A DNA stretch of 64,000 bases from IMG/VR virus record IMGVR_UViG_3300025133_000049, positions 30,788 to 94,787 of that record; one strand, given 5' to 3'. Position 1 is the stretch's first letter, and every line of letters starts with the position of its first letter. Origin of the DNA: a virus. A program made the translations under genes and the position numbers. Positions 18,641 to 28,938 of the stretch are shown piece after piece. The notes under the pieces were generated by a model, which was given only the letters and a program-made list of their open reading frames with translations, was not told where the DNA came from and did not search any database.

Positions 18641-19318
18641 ATGAAAGCAAAAGAATTTATTTATAACCTACGTACTAACTTTACGTCTGTAAAAAGCCAA
18701 ATTACAGAGGCTACAGACCAGCATGTGTTATTTATGTTAGATGAAGCTAGAGCAATTCTTGCTGCACAAAAAATGGATAATCGCATTAATGTAGAGTTGA
18801 TGTCCCAACATATTGATGTTAAACCGGTAATAGCCGACTCACGCATATACGGGGATGTGGGGGAAACTGAGGTGATGGTAGTGTCCATACCTCCTGTAAT
18901 TAATTATAATAATGGGGCCGGTATCTTTACCGTAGGAACTCAAGATGGAGTAGAGAGTTTCACCAGGATATCTTTCTCACAGATAAGAACAGCACTTAGT
19001 AGAAAATATACATCACTATCACCAAAATGGTTTTACTTAGAGGGTAAAATATATATCATCAATATACCTATTGAGAGTTCTTCTAAGGTTAGGGTGAGGG
19101 GTATATTTGATAATCCAGTTGAAATTATTAAATTAAAAGGGGAATATAAAGTATTGGATCCTTTTAATTGGGATTACCCTTTATCTGTAAAAGATGCTAA
19201 GACAGTATATCAAATAGCAATGTCTGGTGATCTTGGATGGGGTGATAACGCTGTTGGTGCAGTTAATAAAGCAAAAGAAGAAGCTGATGAAAAAGCAGCT
19301 AGGAAACGTAAAAAATAA
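18641..19318 (+). CDS. tail ring protein (likely start MKAKEF at 18641)
   Basis: The upstream ATG of the track ORF lies inside the terminator; VRVRGIFDNP and DYPL motifs typical of crAss ring proteins. Confidence 0.7.
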   Translation: MKAKEFIYNLRTNFTSVKSQITEATDQHVLFMLDEARAILAAQKMDNRINVELMSQHIDVKPVIADSRIYGDVGETEVMVVSIPPVINYNNGAGIFTVGTQDGVESFTRISFSQIRTALSRKYTSLSPKWFYLEGKIYIINIPIESSSKVRVRGIFDNPVEIIKLKGEYKVLDPFNWDYPLSVKDAKTVYQIAMSGDLGWGDNAVGAVNKAKEEADEKAARKRKK

Positions 19319-19797
19319 TGCCAAAGTATGACAGAAATCAGTATCTACTGAAGGATGTTTACAAGCACTATAAAAGCAGAGTAGATGATCCAGTAGATTA
19401 TAAAACGCATAAACTAATACTAGATACCTGGGGAGATGTAGTTGTAAGGTATTTAATGGAAGGCCGAGACGTACAACTCCAAGAAAGATTGGCCAAAATA
19501 GGCATTCGAAAGAATGAGTGTAAAGCAGTAGTAGATTACCCGGAGTCTAAAAGACAGCAGAAGAGAGTTCTAAGGTCTAATAGTCATTCGGGCTTTTATG
19601 CAGCTAGACTATACTGGAACTCACATGGGACTAGATTCAACTCAAAAGGTTGGGTATTCCAGGCTTCCAGGAACTTAAAAGCTGAACTGTTCAAAGTGAT
19701 GTCAAAAATAGGTGGGCATAGAACCTTTTTAAAAGTGTCCGGAAAACATAACACTGGTGCTAAAAACGCTATTAGAACTAAACTATTAAAAATATGA
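19318..19797 (+). CDS. IHF/HU-like basic protein
   Basis: LMEGRDVQLQERLAKIGIRK pattern; position between ring genes matches crAss IHF homologs. Confidence 0.65.
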   Translation: MPKYDRNQYLLKDVYKHYKSRVDDPVDYKTHKLILDTWGDVVVRYLMEGRDVQLQERLAKIGIRKNECKAVVDYPESKRQQKRVLRSNSHSGFYAARLYWNSHGTRFNSKGWVFQASRNLKAELFKVMSKIGGHRTFLKVSGKHNTGAKNAIRTKLLKI

Positions 19798-20420
19798 ACT
19801 ACGATAATATAGAAGTTGTACTTGACATGGTAATACGTACATTCAAATTACGAGAATGGCAATATGACATAGAGGATTGGGTAGAAGATGTAGCAGAGGC
19901 TTTACGATTTATTGGAGCATCATCTGTTTATGAGGAAGCTATTTTAGATGTTGAAGTAAATAACTTCGCAGCTAAGATTCCTATTGACTGTATTGCTATA
20001 AAATATGTAGATGAACCTAGTAAACCTTGGAAGAAATCAGGAAGTTTTATTCAAGTAGATGATGTAGACGGTACAATGGTTCAGATAGTTTACACTAAAA
20101 TGCCGGTAGATGTTAGAGGATATCCACTAGTTCCGGATAATGAAGTTGTTAGAAAAGCTATAATGTGGTATATAGTGTGTAACTTAGTTCTACAGGGGGA
20201 AATAAAAACTATCAATTATCAATTAGCAGATAAAAAGTGGAACTGGTATTGTGGGTCCGCTAGAGCTGATTTAAATTCACCTTCCCTTAATAGTTGGGCC
20301 GGCACTGCTAGAGATTTCAGAAGACTTAATCCAAGCAAGGATCAACATAGTTTGAATTATACAGGCGTAGGTAAACGCAACTCCATCAACAGAGATGGTA
20401 AAAGACAAGATATAAGATGA
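19794..20420 (+). CDS. tail tubular/ring protein (P22 gp4-like)
   Basis: EDWVEDVAEALRFIG, GYPLVPDN and WNWYCGSA motifs; immediately upstream of the muzzle gene. Confidence 0.75.
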   Translation: MNYDNIEVVLDMVIRTFKLREWQYDIEDWVEDVAEALRFIGASSVYEEAILDVEVNNFAAKIPIDCIAIKYVDEPSKPWKKSGSFIQVDDVDGTMVQIVYTKMPVDVRGYPLVPDNEVVRKAIMWYIVCNLVLQGEIKTINYQLADKKWNWYCGSARADLNSPSLNSWAGTARDFRRLNPSKDQHSLNYTGVGKRNSINRDGKRQDIR

Positions 20421-23400
20421 AATTAGATTTTTCAAAAGGTATATATACGCATGCTAGACCTATAAATACCCCACCTGGGTATTACTCTGATGCAGAAAAT
20501 ATTAGAACTAGTGGAGCAAGTAGACGATCTGAAGAGGGTACAAGCCTTACATCAGTTCCTTCGAACATAAAAATTTGGGGAACATGTGTTATTGGGGACG
20601 AAACCATTATACTTGGAGAAGCTTCTGGTAAAAGTGTGATAGGATCCCTAACCAGGGAAGGTACTTGGTCTGCGTTAGTTCACAGATTAGGCACTAATGT
20701 TTTACAAATTAATGGACCTACCCAGGTAGAGGGGAGAAAGAACTGGGCAGGAGAAAGGGTAATCTATTTTGCTAACTCTACAGGTGCCCGTAGAATCAAT
20801 CTTGATGTAGAGATGCCTGCAGGAGATACGGACTTTGATAAGATAACCTCTCTATTTTTAGAGTATGATTTACCTAAAGTAACCTATGTAGGTGAAAGAA
20901 CTACAGGACAACTAACCACAGGAGTTTATCAATTAGCCGCTAGATTGCTTACCGACTCAGGTGCAGCTACTTCTTTTGGTATAAATACTAATCCAATACC
21001 TGTAGTACAAAGTAGTTTACAATCAGCTAGACAAGACGTAGTAGGTAATCCTCCTCAAACACAAACCTCAAAATCAGTTGAAGTACAAATATCTAATATC
21101 GATACATCCTTTAAGTATGTTCAGTTAGGTATACTTACATATGTTGGGGATTCTAATACCCCTGTTTTTACAGTTACTAATAGAATAACAACCAATGGAG
21201 CATCCTCTCTTAACTATACTTATAGAGGTGCCCCAGATGATTCAGAAAATATAACTACCGGAGATTTTGTAGCTTCAGGTATCCAATACTCTACAGGTGA
21301 GTTTGTAGCTCAAAAAGACGGAACCTTACTTTTAGGATCCCCGGCTGAACAAGAACTACCTGATATAGATTGGAATAGGGTAGCCCAAGGTATTACAGCT
21401 AAATATACTATAAAAGAAATACCATATGCTGAAAATATATCTTGTACTGCTGAGAATTTTGATGATATAGAAAATTATAGTTTAATAGAAACCTCATCCA
21501 GTTCTATGGATCAAGGTTATAAAAACCCCGTTACTTGTGAATTATACAAAGGTTATCGAAGGGATGAAGTATATAGTTTTACTTTTACTCCTGTATTTAC
21601 TTCTGGCGTTCATGGGCCTACCGTCCATATTCCTGCCCCTCACTCATCCAACACATCAGCTACCGGAGGAAACTTAGGAACATACATCTCAGAAGAGAAG
21701 TATCCGGATGATAGATACGCTGGATTACAAGGATTAGGTTTGAGACTACATAAGTTTCCAACAGCTGTAGAGGAACCTATAATATCCGGAAATGTTACTA
21801 CTAGTAATTGTAAACTAAGAGTTCTTGGGGTTAAATTTGAAGATATAGCACTACATGCATCCGAGACTCAATATGCTACTCAGATAGCTGGATTCATTAT
21901 AGGTAGAGTAAATAGAAAAGGAAATGAAACACAGTTAGCTCAAGGTATAGTTAGACCTCATACAAACGTTAAGTTTCTGAAGGATAACACGCATGCAAGA
22001 TGTTCAATGCTTGGAGATGGTTATGTTACATGGCATACATCAATAAGGGACAGTACAGCTTATTATACCAATGAACCTTCAGGTACCCCTGATATGTCCG
22101 ACTTTAATTTTATTGGTCCAGACCTTATCCATAACTTATATGAACCTGGAGATGCAAGTCATATACATCAACACTCTATATACTCTGCAGATCCATATAT
22201 AGCTAATGTTCACAATACTATTTTAGTAGATGCTAAGTATGATCAGAACAACTTTGGTATGCCGAGAGTATTCTTCAAGAATGTTGAGGGTGCTAATACA
22301 CAATACATTAACCAAACTAAAACAGAACTTGATGGATTGAAAGTTGAAGTAACTCCTTTTGGTGTTCCTTTAGCTGATTTTGAACAAGGAGGTCAGAGAG
22401 AAACAACTATCCTTAAAGGATCTAAATCTCTTAAGATGGCCAGCTCAGATGGATTCGTTTGGATGGGTACTGTTAATGATGTCAATATACAATACCACAG
22501 AGATCATCAGCATTATTATAATTCATATTGCTATGCTGCTAGGGATGATAGTGGGGATACAAAAATATATATGAAACCTAGTTTACCTTTATCTTCTAAG
22601 GTTGATTTTGTGTTACATACTTTATCTAGACAAGACACCAAACAATATGGAGCGTTAGATCAAATGGTATCTATGTTTACACATTACCAGGAATGGCAAG
22701 GGTTCACTGGAGATGTAGAATTTTATAATGGGGATACCTTTATTTCTAAATATGGATTAACTATTAATGATGAATCTAATCATTCTTGGCCACCTGATGG
22801 AGGTAATGTTTCTTTTGTAGAAAACGTATATCCTTCTTCTGCTAGTGGTGTTGTTAATATGTTTATAGAATCTAGTAATAACTATGATTATAGACATTAT
22901 ATTCAACCTACATCTTTCAATGAAGATAACATTGATTCAGTTAGTGGATCAGTTCCATTTTTCCCAGCTTATAAACAATTAGCTAGTACGTCTAGTCCTC
23001 TAGGTATACTAAGTATGAAGGCTCCGGGGTGGACTAGACCAGGTTATGCAAGGCAATATAACAATCAATATTCAGCACAACCTACAATTAAACCCTATGC
23101 TATAACTCCACCGGAGGATGTTGAACGTAAACAATCATTAGTTAACAGAATAGCTTATTCAGTTGGATCTGTACAGGGAGAAAAGAATGATGGGTATCAG
23201 ATCTTCTTACCTAATAACTATTATGATTTACCATTACAATACGGAGAACTGACTGATCTATATGTTAATCAAGAGTTGTTTGCCTCTACTGCACAGGTAC
23301 AATGGAGGTTATTCTATAATACATTAGCTACCCAAACAACCTCAGCAGGAGAGATAGTTCTTGGTACAGGTGGTGCATTTAATAGACCGGCGGAGCCTTT

Positions 23401-24277
23401 AGCTACAGTTGATGGAGGATATGGTGGAACGTCTCACTGGACTCACGCTATTAATACAGTATTCGGTAGGGTTATTTTAGATAAAAGGCAAGGTAAGTTG
23501 TTTATGCTGCGGGAAGGTTTGGAACATATCTCTTCTGATTTAGATGATATGGCTCGAGTAGATATACAAAGTTTAGATGATTCTGTGATTAAAATAGGAT
23601 CAGAACCTTTGAGAGAGCGAGCTTACATTAGATTAGGGGATGATATGTATACTTATAAGTTACCAGATAAAACCTTTATAAGTAGACATACATATAAACC
23701 TAGATGGTTTTTCACCCACGGACCTCTAATGTATTCAAATGTTCAGTCTGCTTTAGAAGGTATAGTAGGAACTCACTTACATAGTAATGGACCTACAGGT
23801 ATGTTCTATGGAAACTTACACCCTTCTAGCATAACATTAGTGGCTAATCAGAAAAATGATATTTCTAAAATATTCAGTAATATAGAACTAATTACAAGAA
23901 AGACTACTGAGGCTGGAACCAACTTACCTTTTGATACATTTGATCAGTTGGAAGTTTGGAATGATGAAAGATATTCAGGTAAAATAAAGCTTACAACTAA
24001 AACATCAGCTTTCCAACAGGCTGGTATTCTGGAAGAACTATCAAATAAGGTATCTGATTCTTTTAGAATTGATATGCCTAGAGATATTGTTATTGATCCA
24101 AATATTAGTATCTTTGACGTTAGTAACCATAAACAAAGATACAGTGATGTAACACCAGCTCTATGGTTGCCTAAGATGAGAGGTAACTTTATAGAATTAA
24201 AATTAACAACAAATAACACAGATGGCCCATTATACTTACATAGTGCTAAGTTAGGGGTCAAAGAAAATATAAGATAA
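20417..24277 (+). CDS. tail stabilization / muzzle protein (P22 gp10-like)
   Basis: 1286 aa; KGIYT..P, KGYRRDEVYSF, GDTFISKY and KMRGNF motifs typical of crAss stabilization proteins. Confidence 0.85.
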   Translation: MKLDFSKGIYTHARPINTPPGYYSDAENIRTSGASRRSEEGTSLTSVPSNIKIWGTCVIGDETIILGEASGKSVIGSLTREGTWSALVHRLGTNVLQINGPTQVEGRKNWAGERVIYFANSTGARRINLDVEMPAGDTDFDKITSLFLEYDLPKVTYVGERTTGQLTTGVYQLAARLLTDSGAATSFGINTNPIPVVQSSLQSARQDVVGNPPQTQTSKSVEVQISNIDTSFKYVQLGILTYVGDSNTPVFTVTNRITTNGASSLNYTYRGAPDDSENITTGDFVASGIQYSTGEFVAQKDGTLLLGSPAEQELPDIDWNRVAQGITAKYTIKEIPYAENISCTAENFDDIENYSLIETSSSSMDQGYKNPVTCELYKGYRRDEVYSFTFTPVFTSGVHGPTVHIPAPHSSNTSATGGNLGTYISEEKYPDDRYAGLQGLGLRLHKFPTAVEEPIISGNVTTSNCKLRVLGVKFEDIALHASETQYATQIAGFIIGRVNRKGNETQLAQGIVRPHTNVKFLKDNTHARCSMLGDGYVTWHTSIRDSTAYYTNEPSGTPDMSDFNFIGPDLIHNLYEPGDASHIHQHSIYSADPYIANVHNTILVDAKYDQNNFGMPRVFFKNVEGANTQYINQTKTELDGLKVEVTPFGVPLADFEQGGQRETTILKGSKSLKMASSDGFVWMGTVNDVNIQYHRDHQHYYNSYCYAARDDSGDTKIYMKPSLPLSSKVDFVLHTLSRQDTKQYGALDQMVSMFTHYQEWQGFTGDVEFYNGDTFISKYGLTINDESNHSWPPDGGNVSFVENVYPSSASGVVNMFIESSNNYDYRHYIQPTSFNEDNIDSVSGSVPFFPAYKQLASTSSPLGILSMKAPGWTRPGYARQYNNQYSAQPTIKPYAITPPEDVERKQSLVNRIAYSVGSVQGEKNDGYQIFLPNNYYDLPLQYGELTDLYVNQELFASTAQVQWRLFYNTLATQTTSAGEIVLGTGGAFNRPAEPLATVDGGYGGTSHWTHAINTVFGRVILDKRQGKLFMLREGLEHISSDLDDMARVDIQSLDDSVIKIGSEPLRERAYIRLGDDMYTYKLPDKTFISRHTYKPRWFFTHGPLMYSNVQSALEGIVGTHLHSNGPTGMFYGNLHPSSITLVANQKNDISKIFSNIELITRKTTEAGTNLPFDTFDQLEVWNDERYSGKIKLTTKTSAFQQAGILEELSNKVSDSFRIDMPRDIVIDPNISIFDVSNHKQRYSDVTPALWLPKMRGNFIELKLTTNNTDGPLYLHSAKLGVKENIR

Positions 24278-27200
24278 TGGGTAAATTTGCAGATTTCACA
24301 GACAAGACTAAAGGATTCATAGAAGGTCAAGAAGGAGGTATTGGTGGTATAGCTGATAATGTTATGGGTGTGGTTGGTCAAGCTACTAAAATGATTGATG
24401 ATGTTAAAACACCTCTAGGAGAAAGAATGGATCGTAGAGGTAATATTACGCATGAAGTAGACGCAGCTGGTAATGTTATGGGTGGAGCTGCAGCTGGAGC
24501 GAAGGCTGGAGGAATGTTTGGACCTTGGGGTCAACTTATAGGAGGTGTTGCAGGAGGTATTGGCGGAGGTATTGCAAGTATACTAGATCAAAATGCGCAA
24601 CCAGATATGTTAGATCAGGACTCAAGATATCAGCAGTTCATGTTAGAGAACCAGGTATCTACTATTCGCCCTGAAGCTGCATTTGCTCAACAACAACAAA
24701 TGGCTGAAAATGGATTAGATGTGAAAGGAAACACTAAACAAATAGAAGTAGAAAGAGATGAAATCGTATTACGTAAAGTTGGTAAAACATTTAGAAAAGT
24801 TGCAGACTTTAAAGGAGGTAAACCTCACGAAATGGGAGGCGAGCAATTTGTTGCAGAAGAAGGGGACATTATATTTCCTGGGAAGGATAGGAGACGGATC
24901 ACTAATCTCGTTAACAATAAAAGATGGTCAGCTATTGAATCAGCTAGACAGCAGCTCCCTACAGATGTTCCTACTGGACGGGCTGAATTAGGTTTCGATA
25001 ATACCGATCCTATCAAAAAGAAATACGGTCAAAAGGATGTAGATGATATTAATGCACAAGGAGGGTTAAGTGGTAACATGCTGGCACAAGATGGTGGTTC
25101 AGATGTTATGAATAGACTACTTAAAAAGAAATATGAGTATGATCCAAATAATGCATACTTAGGTAAGTACGGGGATTCCTATGCGGATGCAGAAGGGTTT
25201 GCTACTAAAGGCGGAGGTATGTATAAAACACAGGATGGATATATTACACCATCAGGTAATCGTACATATAATGCAGCAGACACAAAGAACTATCTCAAAA
25301 AGATAGCAGAACTGCCTGAAAATAAAGATAGAACAATTATGTATAAAGATTCAAAAGGATCCGAACCTTTTAGACAATACTCTAAACAGTATGCAGAAGG
25401 AACCAAAGGGATTAAAACAGGGTCAGCAGGCCCAGCTAAAGATGGGATTGAAGATAAAATTTATAGTAGATTAAGAAAGGAAGGATTCAGCGAGCAATCT
25501 GCTCTTGGAGTTATAGCTAATTTAGCTTGGGAGACAGATAACTTTACAGCTTGGGAGGAGTATAAAGAGAATATATATGGTACAAAAGGAGGCGGTATTG
25601 CTATGTGGACTAATAACCCATGGACTAATCGAAGAGACATGTATGATTCTTGGATGAAAGAGAATAATAAAGATGTTTTAAACGTCGACCATCAGCTAGA
25701 TTACCTCTTGCATGAAATATATAATGTAAAGGAAAACATGGCTACTGGAAAGAGGTTCAAAATAGATAAGTTAAAAAAGATGGACTCTATTGCAGGAGCT
25801 GCTGATTATTTTATGAAAGGTTTTGAAGGACCTACGGACCAAAGTAAAGAGCATTTACAGAAAAGGTTAAATCTTATAGCAAACTTTACACCGGAAAAGT
25901 TAACAGAGGCTAAATCAGAGTTAGCCCAAATTAAAAAAGATAAACCTCTGGTAACTAAACAGGATGTAAAAGGATTTGTCAAGCAAGCCAAAGATGTAGT
26001 AAAAGGTATTTTTGAAGCTGGAGGTAATTCCAATAAAGAAAGAATCAAAGCAATGCAAAAAGCTGGGTACTCTGAAGAGGAGATTCAACAAGCTGAAGGT
26101 CCAGAATCTAAAAGCATACTAGCAGAGATTAATGAAGCTGGAGGTAATTCAAATAAAGCTAGAATCAAAGGAATGCAAAAGGTAGCCTCAACACCTTATG
26201 ACGAAGATGGACTCAACCAAGATTTATTAGGTAGAATGAGAAGAAGTCAGAAGGACGGACTAGCTGCAGATAAAGCTAGAACGTCTGAGAATAGACGTAT
26301 ATTAAGTGACACTATTAAAAAGTATATAGTTAATGACGGTACTAAATTAAAGATTCTGAAGGATATACTGGCAGGGGGCCCTATGGGTATAAATGCTGCA
26401 AGTGTTCCTACAAATATTATTGCGGATATTTATGAAGGAGAGATGAGGAAGGGTAATATAGATAAATCCTTTGATGAAGCTTTTCCAGATGCGGAAGAAA
26501 CACCAGCTCCAACTAATCCACAAAATAGTTGGGAAATCCCTTCAGGTATGAGTACCGGAGATGCTGCGGATGCATTAGGAATAAACTCTATTCCAGAGCG
26601 TACGGCTCATGAAGAACAGTCAGTTATTCCTCACATTAAAAAAGCAGGAACTATTGCAGGATATGAACCAACTACAGGTTCGGGTGCTGAATTGCCAGCA
26701 GGCGCTACAACCTCTACTGGAGAACAGGCAGTAGTTAATGCACAAATAGGAAAGACAACTGAGTCAATTAAATCTGGAGCTAGTATGTTAGGGGGAGCAT
26801 TCGAAAGCCTTGCAGCATATGCACCAGCTATTTACAATTTAGCTAAAGGATCAGAAAAAGCAGAGAAGGTTAATAGAAATTATGTTAATCCTATGATGAG
26901 ATCCTTTCAAGATAGAGGTCAAGCAGATAGAAACGAAATAGATAAAGCATTTAGACAATCAATGGCCAGTGCTAGAAACCTATCTGGAGGTTCTCAGGGA
27001 AATTATAGAAGTAACTTAGAACAAGCATGGGCTAATAAGATAGATAGAAACGCACAGGTTAATACAAGAGAAGCTTCTAGAGCTGATCAAGTTGCTGCAG
27101 GTAACGTAGCTGCTATCAATCAAGCAGATCAGATCAATACACAGATGGAGAACAAAGCAGATATTATGGATATGCAATCTCAATCTGCTACTGATTCTTT

Positions 27201-27336
27201 CATGGCTCAAGGAATGCAAGATATAGCTAACATCGGAGCGGTTAGACGTAAAGATTCTCAGATGGAAGCTAACCAAAACATGATATTAAAGTACATTAAA
27301 TCTAACCGTCCGTTTGATACTGACGATTTAGGATAA
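24277..27336 (+). CDS. ejected cargo protein with glycine-zipper TM region and phage tail lysozyme domain
   Basis: GAAAGAKAGGMFGPWGQLIGGVAGG; EVERDE..GKPHEMGG; lysozyme-like GFSEQSALGVIANLAWET..GIAMWT..QLDYLLHE..FEGP (~25460-25890). Confidence 0.8.
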   Translation: MGKFADFTDKTKGFIEGQEGGIGGIADNVMGVVGQATKMIDDVKTPLGERMDRRGNITHEVDAAGNVMGGAAAGAKAGGMFGPWGQLIGGVAGGIGGGIASILDQNAQPDMLDQDSRYQQFMLENQVSTIRPEAAFAQQQQMAENGLDVKGNTKQIEVERDEIVLRKVGKTFRKVADFKGGKPHEMGGEQFVAEEGDIIFPGKDRRRITNLVNNKRWSAIESARQQLPTDVPTGRAELGFDNTDPIKKKYGQKDVDDINAQGGLSGNMLAQDGGSDVMNRLLKKKYEYDPNNAYLGKYGDSYADAEGFATKGGGMYKTQDGYITPSGNRTYNAADTKNYLKKIAELPENKDRTIMYKDSKGSEPFRQYSKQYAEGTKGIKTGSAGPAKDGIEDKIYSRLRKEGFSEQSALGVIANLAWETDNFTAWEEYKENIYGTKGGGIAMWTNNPWTNRRDMYDSWMKENNKDVLNVDHQLDYLLHEIYNVKENMATGKRFKIDKLKKMDSIAGAADYFMKGFEGPTDQSKEHLQKRLNLIANFTPEKLTEAKSELAQIKKDKPLVTKQDVKGFVKQAKDVVKGIFEAGGNSNKERIKAMQKAGYSEEEIQQAEGPESKSILAEINEAGGNSNKARIKGMQKVASTPYDEDGLNQDLLGRMRRSQKDGLAADKARTSENRRILSDTIKKYIVNDGTKLKILKDILAGGPMGINAASVPTNIIADIYEGEMRKGNIDKSFDEAFPDAEETPAPTNPQNSWEIPSGMSTGDAADALGINSIPERTAHEEQSVIPHIKKAGTIAGYEPTTGSGAELPAGATTSTGEQAVVNAQIGKTTESIKSGASMLGGAFESLAAYAPAIYNLAKGSEKAEKVNRNYVNPMMRSFQDRGQADRNEIDKAFRQSMASARNLSGGSQGNYRSNLEQAWANKIDRNAQVNTREASRADQVAAGNVAAINQADQINTQMENKADIMDMQSQSATDSFMAQGMQDIANIGAVRRKDSQMEANQNMILKYIKSNRPFDTDDLG

Positions 27337-27349
27337 AACAATATAAGAT

Positions 27350-28927
27350 ATGGCATCATTATTTGACAAACCAGTAGCAGCTAACCCGCAAAGTACCTTT
27401 GCTGCATTACCATTACAGTATATATCTCAATCTTTAGATAGGAGACAAGCTCAGTATGAACAAAACAAAGCTCAAGTGGAAGCTCAGAGAGACGAGTTCC
27501 TTAGTACTAGAGCTGTGGCTGGTGATGTAGAAAGACAACAGGCCCTTATATCCGAGTGGGATACTAAGCTAGATGATATGATAGAAGCTGCTGATGGAGA
27601 TTACTCTAGAATCAGAGGAGGTATAGATAGAATGACTAGGGATATTAAGCAAGAAAAAGCTTATGGTGAACTAGGAGCTATCGATAGGAACTTCAAAGGT
27701 GCTGTTAAAGACAGAGAAAACTTAGATAAGTTGTATCAAGCAGGTAAGATTAGTGAGGCTGGATACAATAAAGGGCTCAGTGCAATGCAAAACTTTAAAA
27801 CTACATTGGGGGATAACCAACAATGGAGTACGTATAGAGGGTATATGCCAAGTAATATTACAGATGTTCAAAAGAAATTAAGCGATGTAGTAGATGAAAT
27901 CAATGCTAAGTATGATGAATCAGGACAAAAGTATTTAAGTTCTGAGGATGCACAGACAGCACTCACAGGAGCAGTCAAATCTGACCCAGGTATTCTTAAA
28001 GCAATGCAAGAGAACTGGGAAGCTTTAGGATCTCAAGGAACATTCGGTGAATATTATAATAGTACATTAGGTAATGTTATAGCTAATAAGAAGTATCATC
28101 AAGTTCTTACTAAAAAAGAAGGTGGTGGAGAAGGATCAGGTGTAGGTCAGATACTTACAAATGTAACTATGCCTAGTAGAGGAGGTAGTTCTTATACCGG
28201 AGGTAGTGCAAGTAGCCTTAAAGCAATAGTCCAAAGTGTTTCAGGAAGAGATACTTTCAAAGAATTCAATGATTGGAGAGGATCTGAGCAAGGTAAATTA
28301 GATATTAAATGGATAGAAGCTAAAACAAAAACTGATATGCCTAAGAATCCTTCTGATGCTATTGATTGGATAGAGGATCATTTAGAAAAAACATACACAG
28401 CTAGCGTAGAAACAGAGGTAGTACCTAAACATTTACGAGGTAAAGTCATTAGTGACAAAGGTGAGATACTTACTCACGGTGCCTGGTACAATTCAGCAGG
28501 TGAACTTATTGATGCAGTCGACATTGAGGACCTACAAGGAGAAACTGAGGACGGTAAAGTAACTCAAGTTCTAGGTGTAGTTAAATCAGGTGGGGCATAT
28601 CCTAAAGGAACCTATCATATATTAGGTAAAGATGGTGAGGAGTACTTCCAAGAACCTACAGATGTTAGAACACTTAGTAGTCCTGAATATGTTAAGAGTG
28701 TAATCAACACTGCTAAGCATGCACCAACCGGATCATCCACTGCAAATTTAAGTAGGGGTTTGATAGGTAATGATGGAAGTATGATTATTCAACCTGGAAA
28801 TTATGAAACAAGAGCGTCAAGTCAAGGAAAAGGCGTAGCTTTGTATCAAAATGGAGAATTGATGTATGTACTTCATGCAACTCCTGATGCGACTGGTAAT
28901 GATATTACCGATTATACTCAACAATAA
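27350..28927 (+). CDS. ejected cargo protein (coiled-coil)
   Basis: 525 aa; STFAALPL N-terminal motif; no Cys; synteny. Confidence 0.7.
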   Translation: MASLFDKPVAANPQSTFAALPLQYISQSLDRRQAQYEQNKAQVEAQRDEFLSTRAVAGDVERQQALISEWDTKLDDMIEAADGDYSRIRGGIDRMTRDIKQEKAYGELGAIDRNFKGAVKDRENLDKLYQAGKISEAGYNKGLSAMQNFKTTLGDNQQWSTYRGYMPSNITDVQKKLSDVVDEINAKYDESGQKYLSSEDAQTALTGAVKSDPGILKAMQENWEALGSQGTFGEYYNSTLGNVIANKKYHQVLTKKEGGGEGSGVGQILTNVTMPSRGGSSYTGGSASSLKAIVQSVSGRDTFKEFNDWRGSEQGKLDIKWIEAKTKTDMPKNPSDAIDWIEDHLEKTYTASVETEVVPKHLRGKVISDKGEILTHGAWYNSAGELIDAVDIEDLQGETEDGKVTQVLGVVKSGGAYPKGTYHILGKDGEEYFQEPTDVRTLSSPEYVKSVINTAKHAPTGSSTANLSRGLIGNDGSMIIQPGNYETRASSQGKGVALYQNGELMYVLHATPDATGNDITDYTQQ

Positions 28928-28938
28928 AAGATATTACT

